The notes under the pieces: model-generated
Told to the model about the DNA's origin: nothing
The model's input: only the letters and a program-made list of their open reading frames with translations
Databases searched by the model: none
Part shown: positions 46,073 to 55,365 of the stretch, one piece after another
Position numbering within the stretch: the first letter of the stretch is position 1
Layout of the letters: the number at the start of each line of letters is the position of its first letter
Program-made: the position numbers and the translations under genes
Source: an uncultured Desulfarculus sp.
Lineage (GTDB): Bacteria > Desulfobacterota > Desulfarculia > Desulfarculales > Desulfarculaceae
Length of the DNA stretch: 64,000 bases
Direction: 5' to 3'
Assembly (NCBI GenBank): GCA_963665125.2
Contig: CAXXUK010000001.1
Location: 2,752,001 to 2,816,000 of the forward strand

Positions 46073-47824
46073 ATGGACAACAACGACCTGACCAAAGACC
46101 AAGCCGACATCAACGACATTGACTATGCGGAGGAAGATCTTTCCCCCGAGGAGCTCGAAGCTCTCTACGAACAATCCCTGAGGACGGTTCAGGAAGGCGA
46201 GGTCGCCCGCGGTACAGTCATTGCCGTGGAAAAAGACTATGTCGTGGTGGACATCGGTTACAAGTCCGAGGGTCAGATCGACATTCGTGAGTTCACCGAC
46301 GCCGACGGCAATATCGAAGCCAAGGTGGGCCAGGAAGTCGACGTGCTTCTCGAGTGGACCGAGGACGAAGACGGCACCATCATCCTGAGCAAGGAAAAAG
46401 CCGCCAAGATCAAGGTCTGGGACGAAATCAGCAACCTTTACGCCAACAACGGCGTGATCAACGGCATCATCGTGGGCCGTGTCAAGGGCGGCATGAGCGT
46501 CGACATCGGCGTCAACGCCTTCCTTCCCGGTTCCCAGGTGGACCTGCGCCCGGTGCGCAACCTGGACGCGCTGATCGGCCAGGCCTTCGACTTCCGCATT
46601 CTCAAGTTCAACAAGAAGCGCTCCAACATCGTTTTGAGCCGCCGCATCCTGCTTGAGGAAGAGCGCGAGAGCAAGAAGTCCGAGACCCTGGAATTCCTCG
46701 AGGAAGGCTCCGTGCTCAAGGGCGTGGTCAAGAACATCACCGACTACGGCGTGTTCGTGGACCTGGGCGGCATCGACGGCCTGCTGCACATCACCGACAT
46801 GAGCTGGGGCCGCGTGGGCCATCCCTCGGACCTGTTCAAGATCGGCGACGAGATCGACGTCAAGGTGCTCAACTTCGACCGTGACCGCGAGCGCGTCAGC
46901 CTGGGCCTCAAGCAGCTCAAGGAAGACCCGTGGAGCACTGCTTCCGAGACCTACGCCGTGGGCACCAAGGTCACCGGCAAGGTCGTCAGCCTGGCCGACT
47001 ACGGCGCATTCGTCGAGGTCGAGGAAGGCATCGAGGGCCTGATCCACGTCAGCGAGATGTCCTGGACCCGCAAGGTCCGCCACCCCTCCAAGATCGTCAA
47101 CGTCGGCGACGAGGTCGAGGCGGTGGTGCTGTCGCTGAACCCCGAGTCCAAGCGCATCAGCCTGGGCATGAAGCAGGTCGAGCCCAACCCCTGGGATCTC
47201 ATTGCCGAGAAATACCCCGTGGGCACCACCATCGAGGGCCGCGTCAAGAACGTCACCGACTTCGGCCTGTTCATCGGCATCGACGAGGGCATCGACGGTC
47301 TGGTGCATGTCAGCGACATCTCCTGGTCCAAGCGCATCAAGCACCCCGGCGAGCTGTACAAGAAGGGCGATGAAGTCCGCGCCGTGGTTCTGAACATCGA
47401 CCGCGAGAACGAGCGTTTCAGCCTGGGCATCAAGCAGCTCGAGGGCGATCCCTGGGATCGCGTGCCCGAGAAGTACGCCCAGGGCACCAAGGTCACCGGC
47501 GTGATCACCAACGTCACCGATTTCGGCATCTTCGTGGAGCTGGAAGAGGGCGTCGAGGGTTTGATCCACGTCAGCGAGATCACCGGCGACAAGATCAAGA
47601 CCCCTGTGGGCATGTTCGAGGCCGGCGGCGAAATCATCGCCAAGGTGACCAGCATCACCCGCAAAGACCGCAAGATCGGCCTGTCCATGCGCCGCCTGGA
47701 CGAGGACGTCTCGCGCAAGAGCTTCTCCGACTACATTGACAGCCCGCAGGCGGCCACCAGCAACCTTGGCGATCTGCTCAAGGAAGGCCTGGCCCAACAA
47801 ACCGGCGACGATGAAGAAGAGTAA
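46073..47824 (+). CDS. rpsA: 30S ribosomal protein S1
   Basis: Six S1 repeats: VDIGYKSEG, AFLPGSQVD, DYGVFVDLGGIDGLLHITDMSW, EGLIHVSEMSW. Confidence 0.98.
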   Translation: MDNNDLTKDQADINDIDYAEEDLSPEELEALYEQSLRTVQEGEVARGTVIAVEKDYVVVDIGYKSEGQIDIREFTDADGNIEAKVGQEVDVLLEWTEDEDGTIILSKEKAAKIKVWDEISNLYANNGVINGIIVGRVKGGMSVDIGVNAFLPGSQVDLRPVRNLDALIGQAFDFRILKFNKKRSNIVLSRRILLEEERESKKSETLEFLEEGSVLKGVVKNITDYGVFVDLGGIDGLLHITDMSWGRVGHPSDLFKIGDEIDVKVLNFDRDRERVSLGLKQLKEDPWSTASETYAVGTKVTGKVVSLADYGAFVEVEEGIEGLIHVSEMSWTRKVRHPSKIVNVGDEVEAVVLSLNPESKRISLGMKQVEPNPWDLIAEKYPVGTTIEGRVKNVTDFGLFIGIDEGIDGLVHVSDISWSKRIKHPGELYKKGDEVRAVVLNIDRENERFSLGIKQLEGDPWDRVPEKYAQGTKVTGVITNVTDFGIFVELEEGVEGLIHVSEITGDKIKTPVGMFEAGGEIIAKVTSITRKDRKIGLSMRRLDEDVSRKSFSDYIDSPQAATSNLGDLLKEGLAQQTGDDEEE

Positions 47825-47844
47825 GCTCTAGGAAGTAAAGGCAT

Positions 47845-48747
47845 ATGAGCAAAAGGCCCCTGCTGACGGCCATCGTCATAACCATTGTGATTGTGGTGGG
47901 TTTCGCCGCAGCACTGACCACCATGGACGGCGGGAAAATCAGGCAGGGGTCCGGGTTTAGCCTTTTGGGCAATAAAGTGGGCGTGGTTGAGGTGACCGGA
48001 GCGATCACCTCCTCCACGCCCATTGTTTTCGACCTGCAAAAATTCCGCAACGACTCGTCCATAAAGGCCGTCATCCTGCGGGTTGATTCTCCCGGCGGCG
48101 GCGTGGCCGCCAGCCAGGAGATATTCCGCGAGGTGGCTCGCACGGCCGCCAAAAAGCCGGTTATCTGTTCCATGGGGGCCGTGGCGGCCAGCGGCGGCTA
48201 TTACGTGGCCGCGCCGTGCACCAAAATCATGGCCAACCCCGGCACCATCACCGGCTCCATCGGCGTGATCCTCAGCCTGCCCAACTTGGAAGGCCTGTTC
48301 CAAAAGATCGGCCTGCGCATGGAATACATCACCGCCGGCAAATACAAGAGCGCCGGTGCGCCGGGCATGCCCCTGACCGAGGCCCAGCGGGCCATGCTCG
48401 ACCAGATGATCCAAACCACCCATGAGCAGTTCATCAGCGACGTGGCCAAGGGCCGCAAAATGGACCCTGAAAAACTGCGGAAAATCGCCGACGGCCGGGT
48501 CTTCACGGCCCAGACGGCCATTGGCCTGGGTCTGGTGGATCAGTTGGGCAACATCAACGACGCCGTGGACCTGGCCGGCCGCATGGCCGGAATCGAGGGG
48601 CGGCCCAAGCTGGTGTGGCCTGAAAACGAAGATCAGGGCCTGCTCGGCCGCATGATGCGGGGCGCGGTGCGCGAATTCGTCCGCGAGGCCTCCGGCGCGC
48701 TGAACCAGCCGGGCCTGCAATACCTCTACAATCCAACGGCCCGCTAA
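47845..48747 (+). CDS. sppA: Signal peptide peptidase SppA (36K type)
   Basis: LRVDSPGG, SMG.VAASGGYY, TITGSIGV, GKYK, DGRVFT. Confidence 0.93.
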   Translation: MSKRPLLTAIVITIVIVVGFAAALTTMDGGKIRQGSGFSLLGNKVGVVEVTGAITSSTPIVFDLQKFRNDSSIKAVILRVDSPGGGVAASQEIFREVARTAAKKPVICSMGAVAASGGYYVAAPCTKIMANPGTITGSIGVILSLPNLEGLFQKIGLRMEYITAGKYKSAGAPGMPLTEAQRAMLDQMIQTTHEQFISDVAKGRKMDPEKLRKIADGRVFTAQTAIGLGLVDQLGNINDAVDLAGRMAGIEGRPKLVWPENEDQGLLGRMMRGAVREFVREASGALNQPGLQYLYNPTAR

Positions 48748-48752
48748 ACGCC

Positions 48753-49514
48753 ATGCAGTGGGCCGGACCGGGCAATCTATGGACCGGGGCTGGAGCTCCG
48801 TTGCGCGCCGCGGGCTTCATCGCGCGCAATCCCGGCATGTGGCTGCCCAGCCTGTTGCCTCTTGTCCTCAACATCGCTCTGTTCAGTCTGATGTACTGGA
48901 TGATTTTCAGCATGCTTCCGGGATGGCTGGACCAGTGGCTGCCCCATCAAGAGGGCTGGCTCTGGGCTGTCCTCTACTACGTGGTGCTGGTGCTGGTGGT
49001 GATCCTGGCCCTGACCGCCGGGGTTTATCTGTTTTCCTCGGTGGGCCGCATTCTGGCCGCGCCGTTTTTGGAAATTCTCACCCGTAAGACCGAGGAACTT
49101 GCCACCGGCTCGCCCGCTCCGGAAGGCCCGGCCTGGCTGTCGTCCATCGCCAGGGTAGCCTGGCAGGAAACCGTCAAGCTGTTCATCTACGCCGGGGTGC
49201 TCCTGGCCCTGATGCTTCTGAGCCTGATCATGCCCCTGGTGGGCGGCGGACCGTCGGCCGTACTGGCCTGGCTGGTCACGGTTTTTTTCCTGGCCATGGA
49301 ATTTCTCGACTACCCCCTGGAGCGGCGGGGCCTGAGCCTGGGCCAGAAGGCCAAGGCCACCTGGGACACCACACCGGGCTGGCTGGGCTTTGGCTGCGCC
49401 GTGTTCGTCCTGGGCATCGTGCCGGTGTTGAACATGGTCATGCTGCCCTTGTCGGCCGTGGGCGGCACCCTGTTTTTCCTTGATCTCCAGACCCAAGACC
49501 AGTCGATCCGCTGA
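48753..49514 (+). CDS. EI24/CysZ-family membrane protein
   Basis: PL.LN..LF, I.AAPF.E.L....E, EFLDYP..RR, VP.LN..MLP...VGGT. Confidence 0.8.
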   Translation: MQWAGPGNLWTGAGAPLRAAGFIARNPGMWLPSLLPLVLNIALFSLMYWMIFSMLPGWLDQWLPHQEGWLWAVLYYVVLVLVVILALTAGVYLFSSVGRILAAPFLEILTRKTEELATGSPAPEGPAWLSSIARVAWQETVKLFIYAGVLLALMLLSLIMPLVGGGPSAVLAWLVTVFFLAMEFLDYPLERRGLSLGQKAKATWDTTPGWLGFGCAVFVLGIVPVLNMVMLPLSAVGGTLFFLDLQTQDQSIR

Positions 49515-49653
49515 CCTGCCTCCCTGGCCTCAAACCACCTTCCCGTAGATTTATCAAATATGCCCGTGGAAACCGTGGGTATTGATAATTTAGAATGGAA
49601 AAGGCTGTGTGCCGGAAATTGCCGCATTTCAACACCAATAGGAGGAGTTTGGC

Positions 49654-51558
49654 ATGGGCAAGTATGACGACGCCTATCAAGCGAGCCTGAACGATCCGGA
49701 TAAATTTTGGGGCCAGGCGGCGGAGACCATCACCTGGGACAAAAAGTGGGACAAGGTGCTGGACGACACTGACGCGCCGTTTTACCGCTGGTTCAGCGGA
49801 GGCCGCCTGAACACCTGCTACAACGCCCTGGACAGGCACGTTGAAAACGGCCGCGGCGATCAAACTGCCCTGATCTACGACAGCCCGGTCACCGGCTCCC
49901 AACAGAAGTACACCTATGCCCAATTGCTGGATCTGGTAGCCAAGACGGCCGGTGCCCTGAGGGGCCTTGGCGTTGAAAAAGGCGACACCGTGGTCATCTA
50001 CATGCCCATGGTGCCCCAGGCCGCGGCGGCCATGCTGGCCTGCGCCAGGTTGGGGGCCGTGCATTCGGTGGTCTTCGGCGGCTTCGCGGCCAAGGAATTG
50101 GCCGTGCGCATCGACGACGCCAAGCCCAAGGCCATCATCAGCGCCAGTTGCGGCATCGAGCCGGGCCGCGTGGTGGAATACAAACCGCTTCTGGACAAGG
50201 CCATCGACCTGGCCGGTCACAAGCCAGAGAAATGCTTGATCCTGCAACGGCCCCAGGCCCGGGCGGAGATGACCGCCGGACGGGATCACGACTGGGACGA
50301 AACCGTGGGCAAGGCCCAGCCCGCCGACTGCGTGGTCGTTGAGGCCACCGATCCGCTGTACATCCTCTACACCTCGGGCACCACGGGCATGCCCAAGGGC
50401 ATTGTTCGCGACAACGGAGGCCACGCCGTGGCCCTGGCCTGGAGCATGAAAAACATCTACGGCGTTGATCCGGGCGAGGTCTACTGGGCCGCATCGGACG
50501 TGGGCTGGGTGGTGGGCCACTCCTACATAGTCTATGCGCCGCTTTTGCACGGCTGCACCACGGTTCTCTACGAGGGCAAGCCCGTGGGCACCCCCGACGC
50601 CGGAGCCTTCTGGCGGGTCATCAGCGAACACGGCGTAAAGGTGTTGTTCACCGCGCCCACGGCCTTCCGGGCCATCAAGCGCGAGGACCCCGAAGGCAAA
50701 CTTTTCAAAAATTATGATCTCAGCGGTTTCCGGACCCTGTTCCTGGCCGGGGAACGCACCGACCCCGACACCCTGGAATGGGCCCAGAATCTGCTGAAGC
50801 TGCCGGTCATCGACCACTGGTGGCAGACCGAAACCGGCTGGGCCATTGCCGCCAACTGCATGGGCCTGGACCCGCTGCCGGTCAAACCCGGTTCCCCCAC
50901 CAAGGCCGTACCCGGCTGGAACGTCAAAATCCTCCGGGAGGAAGGCAGCGTGGCCTCGCCCCTGGAAGCCGGGGTGGTGACGGTGAAGCTGCCTCTGCCG
51001 CCGGGCTCCCTGCCCACCCTTTGGCAGGCCCCGGACAGGTTCAAACAGGCCTATCTCGACCCGTTCCCCGGCTACTATTTCACCGGCGATGAAGGCTATC
51101 TCGACGATGACGGCTACTTGTTCATCATGGGCCGGGTCGACGACGTGATCAACGTGGCCGGGCACCGCCTGAGCACCGGAGGCATGGAGGAGGTGGTATC
51201 CCAGCATCCCGATGTGGCCGAATGCGCTGTTATCGGCGTTGCCGACTCGTTCAAGGGTCAGCTTCCGGTTGCCCTGGTGGTGCTCAAATTCGGCGCGGAA
51301 ACGCCACCCGAGGAAATCGAGGCCCAGCTTGTGGCCATGGTCCGGGAGCAGATCGGGCCGGTGGCGGCCTTCAAACGGGCCGTGGTCGTGCCCCGGCTGC
51401 CCAAAACCCGCTCCGGCAAGATACTGCGCGGCACCATGCGCAAGATAGCCGACGGCCGGGCCTATCCCATGCCCTCGACTATCGAGGACCCGGCAGCCCT
51501 GGACGAAATCAGCGATGCCCTGTTTTCCATAGGCCTGGGCGAAGGCCAGCAGAAGTGA
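49654..51558 (+). CDS. prpE: Propionyl-CoA synthetase (acetate/propionate-CoA ligase)
   Basis: LNTCYNALDRH, YTSGTTG.PKG, ASDVGWVVGHSY, DHWWQTETG, GRVDDVINVAGHRLST, PKTRSGKILR. Confidence 0.88.
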   Translation: MGKYDDAYQASLNDPDKFWGQAAETITWDKKWDKVLDDTDAPFYRWFSGGRLNTCYNALDRHVENGRGDQTALIYDSPVTGSQQKYTYAQLLDLVAKTAGALRGLGVEKGDTVVIYMPMVPQAAAAMLACARLGAVHSVVFGGFAAKELAVRIDDAKPKAIISASCGIEPGRVVEYKPLLDKAIDLAGHKPEKCLILQRPQARAEMTAGRDHDWDETVGKAQPADCVVVEATDPLYILYTSGTTGMPKGIVRDNGGHAVALAWSMKNIYGVDPGEVYWAASDVGWVVGHSYIVYAPLLHGCTTVLYEGKPVGTPDAGAFWRVISEHGVKVLFTAPTAFRAIKREDPEGKLFKNYDLSGFRTLFLAGERTDPDTLEWAQNLLKLPVIDHWWQTETGWAIAANCMGLDPLPVKPGSPTKAVPGWNVKILREEGSVASPLEAGVVTVKLPLPPGSLPTLWQAPDRFKQAYLDPFPGYYFTGDEGYLDDDGYLFIMGRVDDVINVAGHRLSTGGMEEVVSQHPDVAECAVIGVADSFKGQLPVALVVLKFGAETPPEEIEAQLVAMVREQIGPVAAFKRAVVVPRLPKTRSGKILRGTMRKIADGRAYPMPSTIEDPAALDEISDALFSIGLGEGQQK

Positions 51559-51731
51559 GCCGGATTAAGGGATGATACAGGCATGACGATAAAACCTATT
51601 TGCCGGAAAAAGTAAATCAACACTTGCAGCAAAGGCTGTATGGCGTCATTGTTTAAGAATTAGTACAAAATCACCGATGTGAAAAATATCGGTGATTGAT
51701 CCGACGACACCCTTGACCAGCGGAGCGGCCG

Positions 51732-51890
51732 ATGGACAAATGGGAATGCCCTTGCGGCTATGTTTATGATCCCGCGGTAGGCGATTGGGAGCACGGCATT
51801 GAGCCCGGAACGCCTTTTGAAGACTTGCCTGACGATTGGGTCTGCCCCAAGTGTGAATCGGAAAAACAATTCTTTGAAAAGGTGGAGTAA
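51732..51890 (+). CDS. rub: Rubredoxin (52 aa; absent from the ORF track)
   Basis: Own translation: [59 protein letters not shown]. Confidence 0.92.
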   Translation: MDKWECPCGYVYDPAVGDWEHGIEPGTPFEDLPDDWVCPKCESEKQFFEKVE

Positions 51891-52119
51891 ACACCAAGCC
51901 GGTTCAATGGATTTAACATGGATTCGACTGCTTCGTCGGCAGGGCGGGCCACTGGTTGACTCGGACATGGTTTTGAGTTAAAAGGGCTCCGCGGTGGCAC
52001 ATCGCCTTACGCATTTTAGGAAACAAGCAAATTGAACCAGTCGGTCAAACCAAGTTTGGCCGGCTGGCGTTCGCTAATGGCGGCACGGATTTTTTCAACA
52101 ACCTGATAGACATGGGGGC

Positions 52120-52653
52120 ATGGCCATGCAACAGGAGAACACCAACCGCAGAAGAAAGCTCTACGTCTACAAGGACACGCAACAGGGCTATATTTTGGGT
52201 TATGGACTGGCCGCAGTCACGGTAATGCTGGCGACCGGCTTTTCCATTTATTTTATGGTTCGCGTTGCCGACATGCAACAGTACCAAAACGTCCTGCCGT
52301 TTCTCATCGGCCTCAACATAGCCATCCTGGCGGGATTGCTGCTGATGATAATGGCCCTGGCCCTGGTGGCGTCGCACAAGATCGGTGGACCTTTGTTCCA
52401 TTGTCAGCGGGTGCTGGGCATCGTCACCGAGGGAGATCTGAGGGTCAAGGTCCGCCTCCGGGATGGTGACCGCCTGCATGGCTTGGCCGACGTGATCAAT
52501 GATATGGTCGAAAGCCTTAACATCAGGGTAACCGAGGTGCGGGAAATAGCCGAAGCCTTGCAACAAAAGGCGGGAGACCAGGCGCCACATGATGAAATCG
52601 AGGGGGACGCCCAGCAGCTTTGTCGGCAAATGAACAACATGTTCACGATCTGA
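52120..52653 (+). CDS. Two-TM HAMP-domain protein without an output domain
   Basis: RRKLYV...Q, two TMs, SHKIGGPL...V.EGDL..VRLR.GD.L..LA..IN.M. Confidence 0.8.
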   Translation: MAMQQENTNRRRKLYVYKDTQQGYILGYGLAAVTVMLATGFSIYFMVRVADMQQYQNVLPFLIGLNIAILAGLLLMIMALALVASHKIGGPLFHCQRVLGIVTEGDLRVKVRLRDGDRLHGLADVINDMVESLNIRVTEVREIAEALQQKAGDQAPHDEIEGDAQQLCRQMNNMFTI

Positions 52654-53159
52654 TTGTGGAAAAACCGGCGTTTAAATAGTCAATAAAAAGCCAAGTCGCT
52701 CTTTATTAAAACCATTAGAAAAGAGGCTCCGGCTCTTCCATTAGGGCATTGACGAAACAATGTTTCGCCAATCGCTTAATATTCCAAACAATTTCCTCTA
52801 ATATCAATTATGGTCCTGCCAAAGCCAACTTTCAACTCGGATTTTTTGGTGTGATCCGATATGCCAAGCTATCTGCTCGCACGCGAAACTAACGGCGATT
52901 ATTTGATTTTCCCCGCAGGCCGCCCCGGAAACAAAACAGAATTAATACTGACATGTTATGTTTTTTCAGTTGGGCACGACGGAACCAGTCAAAACCATTT
53001 TGGCGTTTTTATATCAATAACGGGTTGCATGTCGGCGGCAATTTGTTCGACAATAGACATCTATGTTTCGTATTATAAAGCACCAAATGAACAAAAATTA
53101 GGATTGTTGGCAATCCTCAATTACTCCTGCATACGCGCAAGCAGCTTTATGGGGTCGTC

Positions 53160-55100
53160 ATGAAAATCAGCCTAAGAAACCGGTTCCTTTTACCCACGAT
53201 CATTCTAGTCGTTATCGCCTTCACGGCATCCACCCTTGTGTCGTATTTCAGCGCCAGTTCTGCTCTGGAAAAAACGGCTGAGAGCGAACTTCACCAGGTA
53301 TCGAAGCTCAATGCGCGATTATTGGAATGGTGGATCGGTGACAGACAGCGGGACATCGCCACATGGTCCACCCAGAAAGTCTATCTGGATTCCATGCAGG
53401 ACACCTTCATGGGTAAGGCCTCCCGTAAAAAGGCTAATGCCGATTTGGAGTCTCTCTTACAAAACTACAAATATTACGAGACCATCAATCTCGTGAACAG
53501 TCAGGGCGAGATAATTGCCAGTTCCAGCATGGAAAAGGTGAAAGACATCAACCTGGCGGACCGCGATTATTTTAAAACCGCCATGCAGGGCAAGGATGCT
53601 ATTTCACCCGTGCTGGTCAGCCGCGCCACCAAGAATCCGATTTTCGTCATTTCCTCTCCGGTGCGCATACGTGACCAGGTCGTTGGCGCGCTGATCGGCG
53701 TGGTGGATCTGGGTTTCTTCAACAAGACCTTTATCGACAACCTTAAATTGGGTGAAAGCGGTTACGCCTATATGTACGATCAGGATGGCCGCATCGTTTC
53801 CCATCCGGACAAGACCCAGATCCTCAAGCTGGATATGAAAGAGTATGATTTCGGTAAAAAGATGATCAGCCAAGGCAGCGGCGTGATCGTCTACGAATAC
53901 AAAGGCGTTGTAAAAACCGTTGCCTTCGACAAGGTGCCGGGCATCAACTGGACCGTTGCCGCGGCGATGGCCAATAATGAGCTGCTGGCAAGCGCCCACC
54001 GTATCGGCTACATCAACCTTATTCTGGCCATTGTCAGCGTGGTGGTTGTGGGTCTGATTATCTTCTTCATATCCGCCGGAATTTCCAAGAGCCTCAAGGC
54101 CATTGCCGACGGTCTTAACCAAGGCGCGGTGCAGGTTGCCGACGCTTCGGCCCAGATGGCCTCGGCCTCCCAGCAGTTGGCCGAAGGATCCAGCCAGCAG
54201 GCCAGCTCTTTGGAAGAAAGCTCCGCCTCTCTGGAGGAAATGGCCGCCATGACCCGGCAAAACGCCGACAGCGCCCAACAGGCCGACACCCTCATGCGCC
54301 AGACCAACCAGCTAATCGCCAGCGCCACCTCGGCCATGGGCGAGTTGACCACGGCCATGCACGACATTTCCGTGGCCAGTGAAAACACCTCGAAAATCAT
54401 CAAAACCATTGACGAGATCGCCTTCCAGACAAACCTGCTGGCCCTGAACGCGGCAGTGGAAGCCGCCCGGGCCGGTGAAGCCGGAGCCGGGTTCGCCGTG
54501 GTGGCCGACGAGGTGCGCAACCTGGCCATGCGGGCTGCCGAGGCCGCCAGAAGCACCGCCGAATTGATCGAGGGCACGGTGGAAAAAGTCAAGGGAGGTG
54601 CCCAATTGGTGGAGACCACTGCCGCCGGTTTTGCCGAAGTGGATGAAAACACCGACAAGGTCGGCGAACTGGTAGGAGAAATAGCCGCGGCCAGCAATGA
54701 ACAGGCCCAGGGTATCGACCAGGTCAACACGGCCATCGCCCAAATGGACAAAATGACCCAAAGCAATGCCGCCAACGCCGAAGAATCCGCCGCATCGTCC
54801 GAAGAAATGAACGCCCAGGCCGAAAGCATGAAGGCATTCGTTTCCAGCCTGGTGGCCTTGGTGGAGGGAAGCTCCGACATTCTCAACACGGCCCAATATG
54901 TAGCCCCAAAGGCCGCCAAGGCTCCGGCCAAACCCAAAAAACCGGCCAAGGCCCCAGCGGCCGCGACTGTCGGCAAGCCAAAGCCGCCCAAGGCCAAAGC
55001 CCCGGCAAAGGCCATTGCGCCCCCGGCTCAGAAAAAGGGTGAAACCCGGCCGGAAGAGGTAATTCCTTTTGATGACGATATGGACTTCCAGGACTTTTAG
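53160..55100 (+). CDS. Methyl-accepting chemotaxis protein with dCache sensor and C-terminal pentapeptide
   Basis: dCache (DRDYF..A..G...S....SR; GYAY....G...HPD), [37 protein letters not shown], ends DFQDF. Confidence 0.95.
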   Translation: MKISLRNRFLLPTIILVVIAFTASTLVSYFSASSALEKTAESELHQVSKLNARLLEWWIGDRQRDIATWSTQKVYLDSMQDTFMGKASRKKANADLESLLQNYKYYETINLVNSQGEIIASSSMEKVKDINLADRDYFKTAMQGKDAISPVLVSRATKNPIFVISSPVRIRDQVVGALIGVVDLGFFNKTFIDNLKLGESGYAYMYDQDGRIVSHPDKTQILKLDMKEYDFGKKMISQGSGVIVYEYKGVVKTVAFDKVPGINWTVAAAMANNELLASAHRIGYINLILAIVSVVVVGLIIFFISAGISKSLKAIADGLNQGAVQVADASAQMASASQQLAEGSSQQASSLEESSASLEEMAAMTRQNADSAQQADTLMRQTNQLIASATSAMGELTTAMHDISVASENTSKIIKTIDEIAFQTNLLALNAAVEAARAGEAGAGFAVVADEVRNLAMRAAEAARSTAELIEGTVEKVKGGAQLVETTAAGFAEVDENTDKVGELVGEIAAASNEQAQGIDQVNTAIAQMDKMTQSNAANAEESAASSEEMNAQAESMKAFVSSLVALVEGSSDILNTAQYVAPKAAKAPAKPKKPAKAPAAATVGKPKPPKAKAPAKAIAPPAQKKGETRPEEVIPFDDDMDFQDF

Positions 55101-55159
55101 CCGACAATATGCGCCTGGATGAAGGCTGGTAATCGGCCTGCACCTCAACTACACAACAA

Positions 55160-55209
55160 AAACCGCCGCTTTGTAGCAAACAGCCGCAGGCGGCGGTTTC
55201 ATTTTCTTA
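55160..55209 (+). terminator. Rho-independent terminator (possibly bidirectional)
   Basis: aaaccgccgc...gcggcggttt stem with A- and T-rich flanks. Confidence 0.6.
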
Positions 55210-55365
55210 AACCACCGTAAAATATGGTCAATTAGCCGAAACAATTCATGTGACGCGGTTTTCACGCTACCGTCATGCAACAGATCCTTTTCAATGATAA
55301 GTGGTAACCAGCATCACCCTCTAGGCTGAACGTGTATTTTCGCCCCACAAACCGGAGCGTCGTCA

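Noticed and set aside
52861..53163. 100-aa ORF upstream of the first MCP
   Set aside because: AT-rich, no RBS, no motif; more likely the MCP promoter region.
54900..55050. Repetitive AAGGCC/CCGGCCAA DNA at the end of the first MCP
   Set aside because: It encodes the Pro/Ala/Lys flexible tether before the pentapeptide; ordinary low-complexity coding sequence.
55249..55266. TGTGA...TCAC as a CRP/Rex-type site
   Set aside because: Half-site spacing is 8 nt rather than 6.
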